Assembly: GCA_040902555.1 (NCBI GenBank)
Contig: JBBDXC010000008.1
Coordinates: 34,629-98,628 of the forward strand
Length of the DNA stretch: 64,000 nt
Direction: 5' to 3'
From: Dehalococcoidia bacterium
Lineage (GTDB): Bacteria; Chloroflexota; Dehalococcoidia; WHTO01
Part shown: piece after piece, positions 21,293 through 29,311 of the stretch
How positions within the stretch are numbered: the first letter of the stretch is position 1
Layout of the letters: each line of letters starts with the position of its first letter
The notes under the pieces: model-generated
Seen by the model: only the letters and a program-made list of their open reading frames with translations
Database searches by the model: none
What the model was told of the DNA's origin: nothing
Position numbers and translations under genes: made by a program

Positions 21293-21515
21293 CGGCTCGA
21301 TTATACGTCGGGAGCATTCGTTGCTTTTAGGTAAATCAAGGAGATCCTCGGTTCAAATCTCTTTCGTCATTGCCGGGGCGCCGTCGACCCCGCCGCATCA
21401 GAGAGAGCAGCGTTGAAAAGCATCGCGCCTGCCCCTTTGAAGGCGAGGCAAGGGTGAGGATGATCGGCGTTGGTGGGGAGTAATGGTGCCCGAGACCCAC
21501 ATAGGCGTAGGCGTT

Positions 21516-22470
21516 CTATACCCGCCGCAGCGCCGGCCTGATCGCCGCCAGCAAGAGCACGCCGAGGATCGAGGCGGCGCCGCCGAACGCCACTGCCGTG
21601 GGTGTGCCCGCCGCGTCCGCCAGCCCGCCGATCGCCAGTGCCCCGATCGGCGTCAGGTTCCACGTCATCATGTAAGTGCTGATGACGCGTCCTTGCAGGT
21701 GACGCGGGGTCAGCGTCTGCACCAGGGCGTTCGTCATCGTCCCATACATCGCCCCACAGGCGCCCATCAAAACCAGGAGCCCGAGTGAGAGCGGGATGTC
21801 GCGCGAAGCAGCGAACAAGACAACCAATATTCCCGAGCCAACCGCACTCGCCACGGCGATGTCACCCTTGCGGCTATGGCCGGACAGGTAGGCCACGCTG
21901 AGCGATCCAAAGACTGCGCCGAAGCCTGATGCAGCCAGCATCCAACCCAGTGTCGAGGCATCACCGTTCAAGACGTCGCGGGCGAAGATCGGCATTAGCG
22001 CCTGCAGCGGCCCTGTCAGCATGTTGGGGATGAGCGCCAGCAGCATCAGCGGCAGCACCATCTCGCTTCTCAGTACCCAGCGGAAGCCGCCGATCATGTC
22101 GCTCCAGACCCCGGCCCGCCCCTCCGCGGGCGTCGCGTGCGGCGGTATCGAGATGGCGGAAACCGTAGCGGCGAGCGCCACGTGGCAGGCCGCCGTGATG
22201 TAAAAGCAGGCCGAGACTCCGGCCGTCGCGATGAGCAGCCCGCCGATCGCCGGGCCTACAATGCGGGTCGCCTGGATCGCCGTCGACATCAGCGCGACGG
22301 CGTTCGTCAGGTCCTCCTGCGGCACCAGGTCACGCACGAGCGCCTGCCTCGTCGGCAGGTCGAAGGACCAGGCCACACCCATCAACAGCGAAATCGCGAT
22401 CAGGTGCCAGACGGCGATGACACCGAGGCCGCTGAGGACAGCCAGCGCAACCGCACCCGTCGCTGCTCTC
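21516..22470 (-). pseudogene. MFS transporter (EntS/DHA3-like) apparently lacking its first TM helices
   Basis: MFS homology begins at AVALAVLSG..WHL..SFDLPTRQALV; the upstream in-frame sequence is unrelated and lower in GC. Confidence 0.6.
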
Positions 22471-22651
22471 CACTCGCTAGCGGCACGAGGCCCCCAGGCC
22501 AGCGTTTGAGAGTTAATGTTCCCATTTGGATGGCGGGAAACCAAAGTTGGCCGGGTAGCAATTCTATCTCCAGCGACGAAACCGGCGCCCTGCATTGGCA
22601 CCCACATTCCTCATCACAACGCGAGGTAGCGAGCCTGCGTGCCCAACCCCT

Positions 22652-22720
22652 TGTAGGGGCAAGTGTCGTAGGCAATCCAACCGTTGAATCAGCACCGTCC
22701 CAAGACACCTGCCCGCCCCA
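22652..22720 (+). repeat. Long GTAG-REP-like element, copy 1 (copy 2 at 56667-56734 on - strand)
   Basis: GTAGGGGCAAGTGTCGTAGGCAATCCAACC-spacer-CCAAGACACCTGCCCGCCC. Confidence 0.8.
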
Positions 22721-22866
22721 TCCCGATTTCCACGGAGCCGGCATTTACCGCGATGGTGCTGTTGGAGAACCCCGTCTGGAAGCCGGGCCGCTAGAACGCC
22801 CGAAGAACATAAGGAGAAAAAAGACGGTTTTTGCTAGGCTTACTTTGCTAATTCGGGGGGCACTCT

Positions 22867-23508
22867 TTGCAATCAACCCGCCAGGGGATTCTCGACCACC
22901 TTCACCGGCATGGCCGCGCGACCGTAAAAGAGCTCGGCCAGGCTCTGGCCTTGACCTCGACTGGTATCCGCCAGCACCTTACGGTCCTGGAGCGCGACGG
23001 CCTGCTACGCGCGCACGAGGAGCGGGGCCGCGTTGGGCGGCCTGCCCTCGTCTATGGCCTGACGCCTCGGGCCGAGAGCCTCTTTCCCAAGAACTATGAC
23101 CAGCTGGCGATCTCCCTGCTCGACGAGACTCGCGCCATGACAGGCGGCGAGGGCCTCCAGTCGCTGCTCAAGAGGGTTTCTGGCAAGCTGGCGGCCCCGC
23201 TCATGGACCGCGTCGAGGGCAAGACGCTGGAGGAGCGGGCGGACGAGACTGCCGCCATTCTGCGCGAGCAGGGCTGCCTGGCCGACGTCGAGCCGAGCGG
23301 CGACGACCTCCTGATCCGTGAATACACCTGCCCCTACGACAGCGTCGCCCGTCATAACAGCGCTGTGTGTGTCCTGCACGTCGACTTCGTCAGCCGCCTC
23401 AGCGGCGGGGACGTTAAGCTGATAACCAGCCTCCTGCGCGGCGACCGCTCCTGCACCTACCGCATCCGCCCCCGCGCCGAAGCCTCCGGTACCGCCCCCG
23501 CCGCCTGA
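22867..23508 (+). CDS. HTH metalloregulator, SufR-like/ArsR-type
   Basis: TTG start; N-terminal HTH (GIRQHLTVLERDGL, GRVGRPALVY), C-terminal CPY...C...C. Confidence 0.85.
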   Translation: MQSTRQGILDHLHRHGRATVKELGQALALTSTGIRQHLTVLERDGLLRAHEERGRVGRPALVYGLTPRAESLFPKNYDQLAISLLDETRAMTGGEGLQSLLKRVSGKLAAPLMDRVEGKTLEERADETAAILREQGCLADVEPSGDDLLIREYTCPYDSVARHNSAVCVLHVDFVSRLSGGDVKLITSLLRGDRSCTYRIRPRAEASGTAPAA

Positions 23509-23549
23509 GCGGTTCTGCATCCGGCCACGGATCGCCGCGATTGAATTTT

Positions 23550-23840
23550 GTAGGGGCTGGTTGCCGGGGTTACCCGCCGAGGTCCCACGAGTCCCCGTCA
23601 CAACCTGCCCCACCCGTGGCATCCAAGACGAATCTGCGTTGTCCGGATTCAATGCCCCGCCTGACGTCGGGTTAGTGGCGTCTTGCAGCCGTCCTCTCGT
23701 GCCTTTCACCGAGGCCCCTTGGAGTTGAAGATCGGAGGATTCGAAAGAAGCCGAAGTGGCCACGACCACCAATACCGGGGAGGGTTGCGGCGCTGGATTT
23801 CGAAAGTTCTGTGGCGAAAGCATCTGCAACCCTCCCCTAC
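23550..23840. repeat. Inverted pair of GTAG-REP-like palindromes between convergent genes
   Basis: 23550-23611 (+) GTAGGGGCTGGTTG...CAACCTGCCCC and 23777-23840 (-) GTAGGGGAGGGTTGC...GCAACCCTCCCC. Confidence 0.7.
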
Positions 23841-23890
23841 AAATGATGCATGCCGCGTGTGTCTTCCAACGAACGTCGGGGGCGGACATG

Positions 23891-25135
23891 CTACTGATTC
23901 TGGCTGAAATTTGGCTCCTCGCCGATGACCCCGCCGGCGCGGAGGGACTCCATCTCCCCTTCGTCCAGCCCCAATAGCTCCCCAAATACATAGGAGTTGT
24001 GCTGGCCGAAATTCGGCGCGGGTAGCCTGATGTGTGCCGGCGTACGCGACAGCTTCCAGGGCACGCCATCCATCTCCCACTCGCCGGCCTCGACCTGGCT
24101 GACGCGCTCGAAGAACCCGCGGTCGCGCAGGTGCGGGTCGGCCGGCAGGTCGGCCACGCTGAGCACGGGCCCCGCCGTGACGCCTGACGCCTGGAGTGAG
24201 TGGAAGAGCTCGTCGCGGTTGCGCGACTCCGTCCATTGGCCGATCAGGACATCGAGGGCATCGCGGTTGCGCAGGCGGTCCTTGTTGGTGGCGAACCTCT
24301 CATCCATAGCGAGCTCCGGCCGCTCTATCGCCGTGGCCAGCGCGTGGAAAGCGTCGTCGTCCTCGGCCGCGATGGCGATCCATTGGTCCTCGCCGCTGCA
24401 CGGATAGACGCCGTGCGGGGCGTAGACTGCGCTGGCGTTGCCCAGCTGCGTCTGGATTGGGGCCCCAAGGCTGTGGCCTACCACGTACTCGCCAATGACG
24501 GAGACGAGCGCCTCCCGCTGCGGCACCTCGATGCGCGCCCCGAGCCCCGTCATGCGCCTGCGGTGCAGGGCCATGGCGACGGCCGCCGCCGCGTGCAGCC
24601 CGGCCACAGGGTCGCCGTAGGAGATGCCGCTCTTCTGCGGGCCACCGTCGGGGTAGCCGGTGAGCGAGACGAGACCGGCGAGCTGTTCGACGTTTGTCCC
24701 GTAGGCGACGTAGTCCTTTTCCGGGCCGCTCTTCCCGTAGCCCGGCATGGAGACCAGGATGATGTCGGCCCGCGCCTTGCACAACTCCTCATAGCCCAAC
24801 CCAAGCTTGTCCAGCACAGCCGCGCGATAGTTCTCGACCACGGCGTCCGAGATTGCCGCGAGCTTAAGGAGAAGGTCGCGCCCGCGCGGGTCGGCGAGGT
24901 TGATCGTGCAGCCCAGCTTGTTGCGGTTGTTGTGGTTGAAGTAGGAGGAGCGGTTGTAGGGCCGCTCCGTGCCGGGGGGAAGCTGATGGAGCGAGCGCAA
25001 CAGGTCCCAGTTGTCCACGGCCTCAACCTTGATGACCTCTGCGCCCATATCGGCCAGCTGGCGGGTGGCGTAGGGGCCCGCCCAGACCATCGACAGGTCG
25101 ACGATGCGGTGTCCCGAAAGCGGCAGGCGGTCTAT
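23891..25135 (-). CDS. CaiB/BaiF family III CoA-transferase (start uncertain, probably ATA at 25135)
   Basis: PLSGHRIVDLSMVWAGPY, LADMGAEVIKVE, NRNKLG, DAVVENYR. Confidence 0.9.
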   Translation of the reverse strand: MDRLPLSGHRIVDLSMVWAGPYATRQLADMGAEVIKVEAVDNWDLLRSLHQLPPGTERPYNRSSYFNHNNRNKLGCTINLADPRGRDLLLKLAAISDAVVENYRAAVLDKLGLGYEELCKARADIILVSMPGYGKSGPEKDYVAYGTNVEQLAGLVSLTGYPDGGPQKSGISYGDPVAGLHAAAAVAMALHRRRMTGLGARIEVPQREALVSVIGEYVVGHSLGAPIQTQLGNASAVYAPHGVYPCSGEDQWIAIAAEDDDAFHALATAIERPELAMDERFATNKDRLRNRDALDVLIGQWTESRNRDELFHSLQASGVTAGPVLSVADLPADPHLRDRGFFERVSQVEAGEWEMDGVPWKLSRTPAHIRLPAPNFGQHNSYVFGELLGLDEGEMESLRAGGVIGEEPNFSQNQ

Positions 25136-26322
25136 ATCACACCCCGATCCCGCATCGCAGCCATCTCCTGGCCGCTGACGCCGATGTCGCTGAGGACTTG
25201 CTCGGTGTGCTCGCCGAGGAGCGGCGCCGGCCCGTACTCCACCGGGGCATCCTCGAAGCGGATGCCCGGTAGCGGGTGAAGTGCTCGGCCAGCCTCGGGG
25301 TGATCCACGGCCTGGAAGAAGTCGCGGGCGTTGAGGTGCTCGGAGGCCAGCAGATCGTCGAGGGTGTGGATGAAGGCCACGGGGATCTTTCGCCTCTGCG
25401 CCTCGTGGTAGAGCTCGGTGCGGTTCTGCGTGGCCGCCCAGGCGAAAACCATGGCCAGCAGCTCGTCGTTGTTAACCAGCCGCGACTGCATGTCCTTGAA
25501 GCGCTCGTCCTCGCGCAGCTCCGGCCCGGCCAGCTCGGTGAAGCGCGGCCATTGCGGCTGCATGACGTGGATGCCGATGTGGCCGTCGGCGGCCGGGAAG
25601 ACCCCCATCAGGGCGTTAGTCTGGTTGCCGCGGCGGGCCCCCTGGCCCAGCCCGAGGTACATGTGCCAGGGCAGGGCGAACTCCAGCATGGTTGCCTGGC
25701 ACTCCTGGGCCGAGATGTCGATCCACTGCCCGACTTCCTGGTGGTTGCAGCCGTAGATGCCGACGCAGCTGGCGGCAAAGGCGTGGAGCCCTGCCTGGTA
25801 ATCGGCCTGCTGCCCGGCGATGAGCAGGGGCTCGCGGTCAGGATCCCCCGTCATGAACATCTCGCCGCCGGAGGCAAACGAGACCAGGTTGTTCGCCTTG
25901 TAGGAGGAGTAAGGCCCCGTCTGGCCGAAGGGCGTGATCGAGGTCATCAGGAGCCGCGGCTTGCGACGGCGTAGATCGGCGAAGGGCAGGTCGATGGCGG
26001 CTAGGTAGCCCGGCGGGAAGTTCTCGACGATTGCCTCGGCCTCGAGGACCAGCCGGCGAATGACGTTCTTGCCATCGTCGGACTCGATGTCCAAGGTGAT
26101 GCTGCGCTTGCCGGCGTTGAGATAGAGGAAGAGGGCGCTCTTCTCGGGGTGGGGCTCATCGCCCGGGAAGGGGCCCATGCGCCGGGTCTTGTCGCCGCTG
26201 CCCGGCTTCTCGACCTTGATCACGTCGGCGCCGTAGTCGCGCAGGAGCTTGCAGCAGAAAGCGGCGCTGACACCCTCGCCCAGCTCGAGGACAGTTATCC
26301 CGTCGAGGGGCAGCTCAGACAC
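25132..26322 (-). CDS. CaiB/BaiF family III CoA-transferase
   Basis: LPLDGITVLEL, YGADVIKVEKPGSGD, LNAGKRSITLD, APLLGEHT. Confidence 0.93.
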   Translation of the reverse strand: MSELPLDGITVLELGEGVSAAFCCKLLRDYGADVIKVEKPGSGDKTRRMGPFPGDEPHPEKSALFLYLNAGKRSITLDIESDDGKNVIRRLVLEAEAIVENFPPGYLAAIDLPFADLRRRKPRLLMTSITPFGQTGPYSSYKANNLVSFASGGEMFMTGDPDREPLLIAGQQADYQAGLHAFAASCVGIYGCNHQEVGQWIDISAQECQATMLEFALPWHMYLGLGQGARRGNQTNALMGVFPAADGHIGIHVMQPQWPRFTELAGPELREDERFKDMQSRLVNNDELLAMVFAWAATQNRTELYHEAQRRKIPVAFIHTLDDLLASEHLNARDFFQAVDHPEAGRALHPLPGIRFEDAPVEYGPAPLLGEHTEQVLSDIGVSGQEMAAMRDRGVI

Positions 26323-26441
26323 GGAGTTGATTGTAGGGAGAGCCAGGGTCAGGCGATATCGCCAATGGCGACGCGCCGCAAGCCTCGCCTTCGCTCATCC
26401 GTGAAGCCGTAACAACTGTTGATTTCTTACGCACTAAACCT

Positions 26442-26564
26442 CCTTAATTGGCCTTAATCGGCGCTATTTGGCCTTAGTTGGTCCGGGCGGATCGCCTTAT
26501 TTGGCGTTATCCGTCGCTATCGGGGCTTATTGGCTGTTATTCGCGCTTATTCGGGCTTAGCTGC
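26442..26564. repeat. Degenerate 10-bp-period repeat array (about 11 units, consensus similar to SCTTATTGGS)
   Basis: Units at 26442/52/62/72 and 26495/505/515/525/535/545/555. Confidence 0.75.
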
Positions 26565-26647
26565 GCGCGGTTTTTGTTTTCGGTCTTTTGAAGGGTCGAG
26601 GCGTTGGTTAAGGTGCCGGAGGTAAGGCGCCCCGCCGCCCCGCCCCG

Positions 26648-26709
26648 CCTCACCCCCTAGCCCCCTTCTCCAAGGCGAATCTTCGATCTCCGCAGGCAGA
26701 GAGGGGGAA
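26648..26709 (+). repeat. CCTCACCCC-N-GCCCCTCTCC...GAGAGGGG dispersed palindromic repeat family
   Basis: Related copies at 30564-30629, 30638-30678, 34650-34695, 50170-50223 (-), 51266-51304 (-), 51370-51416 (-) and 55973-56035. Confidence 0.75.
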
Positions 26710-26721
26710 CGGATGGACGGG

Positions 26722-26766
26722 AATTGAACCAATTGAACCAATTGAACCAATCGAACCCTTTGAACC
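26722..26766. repeat. 9-bp tandem repeat AATTGAACC x5 (last two degenerate)
   Basis: Read directly from the sequence. Confidence 0.9.
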
Positions 26767-26880
26767 TCGAGGCTCCGTTTAGGGCCGCCAGCGGGCGGGT
26801 TGCGGCGCATAACCGCTCCAGCCCGCGACGAAGCTGAGGCAGTGGTCGCAGCGCGGGGTTCGGCGTGACGGGGAGCAAGC

Positions 26881-28542
26881 ATGGACATCTATCCTAGAAC
26901 AGATGTACTAATCCTTCAACGGCGAGAAGCGACAGAAACGGTCGCTGGATGGAATCGCCGCCGGCGCAAGCATTGCCGCATCCTTGATACGCCGAAGATC
27001 GATGGTTGTTATCCAGACAACAAGACTGTCGATTATTCCTACGATCCGGCTGGCAACCTGACCAGCGTGACTGACTGGCTGAGCAAGGTGACGGAATACA
27101 CGTACGACGAGGTTGGGCGGTTGACGCAAACAGAACTGCCGAACGACGCGAAGACGACCTACACCTACGACGGCGCCGGGTGGCTCGATAAGTTGACCAA
27201 TCTTGACTCGGCCACGCCAGCCAACGTCGTGTCCAGTTTTGACTACACGCGGGATGCCGTTGGCAACGCCCGCTGGATCAAGGACAAGAACGGAGTCAAC
27301 GAGCTCTACCAATACGACAACCTTTACCGGCTGGTCGAAGTGATCTACCGCGACAGCAGCGAGGTCGACTACACCTACGACAAAGTGGGGAACAGGAAGA
27401 CGATGGTAGCTGGCCGTGTGACGACCAGTTACACCTATGACGACGCCGACCAGCTGACCAGCGCCGGCGGTGTCAACTACACGTACGACAACAACGGCAA
27501 TCTCACAGGACGGGGCTCGGATACGTTCTCCTACGACCACGAGAATCGGATGATCAGCGCCACCGTCGGCGGCACCACTAGCAGCAACGTCTACAACGGT
27601 GATGGCCTGCGGACGAGCCAGACCGTCACGCCCACAACCACCAATTACATCTGGGATGTCAACCGCGGGCTGCCAGGGATCATCCAAGATGGAGCGAGGA
27701 GCTACGTCTACGGCCTCCAGCGGATTTCGCTGACGACGACGAGCGGCGGCCGGAACTACTTCTTCTACGACGGGTTAGGCTCGACCAGCGAAGTGCTTAA
27801 CAACGCGGGCACAGCCATAGTCCCGACAGACTACCACTACCAGTACGATGTTTTCGGCGGGTTGCGGAGCACGAACCCCGGTACGAACTACTGGCGGTTC
27901 ACCGGGGAGCAGAGCGACAGCGCAACTGGGCTCCACTACTTGCGGGCGCGGCACTACGACCCGGCGAGCGGTCGGTTCATTGAGAGGGATCCCTGGCGCG
28001 GTTCGCCGATGGAACCGCTGACGCAGACGCCCTATCCATACGTTGTGAATAACCCCACACGGTTCGTTGATCCGTCCGGCTTATGCGGGGTGTTGGATCC
28101 GGTGGACTGCGCAGAGGACCTCGGTGAGTGCATTGGAAACAACCTCGATTGCGTGACCGATCCGGTGGAAGACGGAGCGGACAGCGTAGTGGGCGTATTG
28201 GCAGACAGCTATGTCGATATCTCGTATTCGATTCCGCTGGCGCCGAATGTCGTGCTAATCATCGGCGTTCGAATATCCCTATCGGACGGGTCTGTTCATC
28301 CTTACACTGCGCTGGGCCTAGGAAGCAAGGGCACTTCGGTGTCAATTGCCCCTGATCAATCGATAAGCGAAGGGCGCTTCTGCGCAGGTCAATTTGGTTC
28401 TCGCGGTCTGTTCGCGCAGGTCGGGGCGGGTCAGCTCGATGACAAAGAGGGCGCGAACCCGTTCGGGGAAATCGGTATCGGGCCCCCAGGGGGCGGGTTG
28501 TCTTGTGGCTACATCTTCCCAAGCGTTGGCGGGGTCTACTAA
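26881..28542 (+). CDS. Rhs/YD-repeat protein, N-terminally truncated, with Rhs core and a novel C-terminal toxin tip
   Basis: YD repeats from about 27010 (YSYDPAGN, YTYDEVGR), FTGEQSD..TGLHYLRARHYDP..GRF, PYVVNNPTRFVDPSG cleavage motif. Confidence 0.9.
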   Translation: MDIYPRTDVLILQRREATETVAGWNRRRRKHCRILDTPKIDGCYPDNKTVDYSYDPAGNLTSVTDWLSKVTEYTYDEVGRLTQTELPNDAKTTYTYDGAGWLDKLTNLDSATPANVVSSFDYTRDAVGNARWIKDKNGVNELYQYDNLYRLVEVIYRDSSEVDYTYDKVGNRKTMVAGRVTTSYTYDDADQLTSAGGVNYTYDNNGNLTGRGSDTFSYDHENRMISATVGGTTSSNVYNGDGLRTSQTVTPTTTNYIWDVNRGLPGIIQDGARSYVYGLQRISLTTTSGGRNYFFYDGLGSTSEVLNNAGTAIVPTDYHYQYDVFGGLRSTNPGTNYWRFTGEQSDSATGLHYLRARHYDPASGRFIERDPWRGSPMEPLTQTPYPYVVNNPTRFVDPSGLCGVLDPVDCAEDLGECIGNNLDCVTDPVEDGADSVVGVLADSYVDISYSIPLAPNVVLIIGVRISLSDGSVHPYTALGLGSKGTSVSIAPDQSISEGRFCAGQFGSRGLFAQVGAGQLDDKEGANPFGEIGIGPPGGGLSCGYIFPSVGGVY

Positions 28543-28545
28543 GGG

Positions 28546-28842
28546 GTGGATCCGCTCTGGCTCTTTTTCGGCTTCTTTTGCCTCGCCGCTGCGATATTCA
28601 CCTATCTGGGGCGACGAAACGTCGTAAGAAGCTTCGAGCGCGGTTCGCATTTCGGTCCCTTTTGGAATACGCCGCCGTCTTCCCCGAGAGCCGCGCGCGC
28701 ACTGTTCTGGCTTGTGCTCATCGGCTTCTTGGGTTTTGCGATCTTCGCCTTCGTGTTAGGGGTCACGGGCGCTGCCCGCAACGCGCCGAACAGGATGTCC
28801 GTGGGTGTTTACGACGCATGGCTGTGGCTTGTCGCCATCTGA
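28546..28842 (+). CDS. Small membrane protein, putative Rhs immunity protein 1
   Basis: 3 nt after the Rhs stop; 2-3 hydrophobic helices. Confidence 0.65.
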   Translation: MDPLWLFFGFFCLAAAIFTYLGRRNVVRSFERGSHFGPFWNTPPSSPRAARALFWLVLIGFLGFAIFAFVLGVTGAARNAPNRMSVGVYDAWLWLVAI

Positions 28843-28869
28843 AGGCATCCGCTCGGACAGCGGCGAACA

Positions 28870-29033
28870 TCGTATGCGCTAGGGATCCGGGGCCAGATGC
28901 GTGGGAGATTTATGGTCTCGACGGCCCGCTTTCCCACGGAAGCTATCATCGCCGCGGAGGCAACTTCGGGGAGATAGGACTCATGACGCCTGGGGCGTCG
29001 GCGGTTTGTGGCGCGATCGTAGGGATCTGGTGA
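28870..29033 (+). pseudogene. Orphan remnant of an alternative Rhs C-terminal tip
   Basis: GGNFGEIGLMTPGASAVCGAIVGIW* resembles the Rhs end GANPFGEIGIGPPGGGLSCGYIF. Confidence 0.55.
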
Positions 29034-29257
29034 GCGGGGGGTATGTCGCTGCAGCACTTTGTTTCCTGTTCATCGCAGCGTTCGGCGTGGTAGTCCGTCG
29101 TGCAATATACCAGCATTTTGAGCACGATTTCATGCGCTGGGGTCCGTTCGGACGTGAAGCTTTCACGCCAGAAGGTGCCCGTCAAGCGACCTGGCTAATC
29201 ATAGCCGGAGCGTTTTTCCTCGGCGTCGGGCTGGGGATTGCGGCCTTTGTGGATTAG
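29030..29257 (+). CDS. Small membrane protein, paralog of 28546-28842 (putative immunity protein 2)
   Basis: GTG 29030 overlaps the TGA of the orphan tip; shared RR..FE..[FW]GPF..P..AR..WL..G pattern. Confidence 0.6.
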   Translation: MSGGYVAAALCFLFIAAFGVVVRRAIYQHFEHDFMRWGPFGREAFTPEGARQATWLIIAGAFFLGVGLGIAAFVD

Positions 29258-29311
29258 CGAGGGCTAAGGGCTGAGAGGTCGTATGGCGATGCGCCCCTAC
29301 AGCGAAACTGG

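Noticed and set aside
26442-26766. Possible CRISPR array
   Set aside because: The units are 9-10 bp with no unique spacers. No repeat-spacer array was seen anywhere in the window, and the Cas4-like gene has no cas1/cas2 neighbours.
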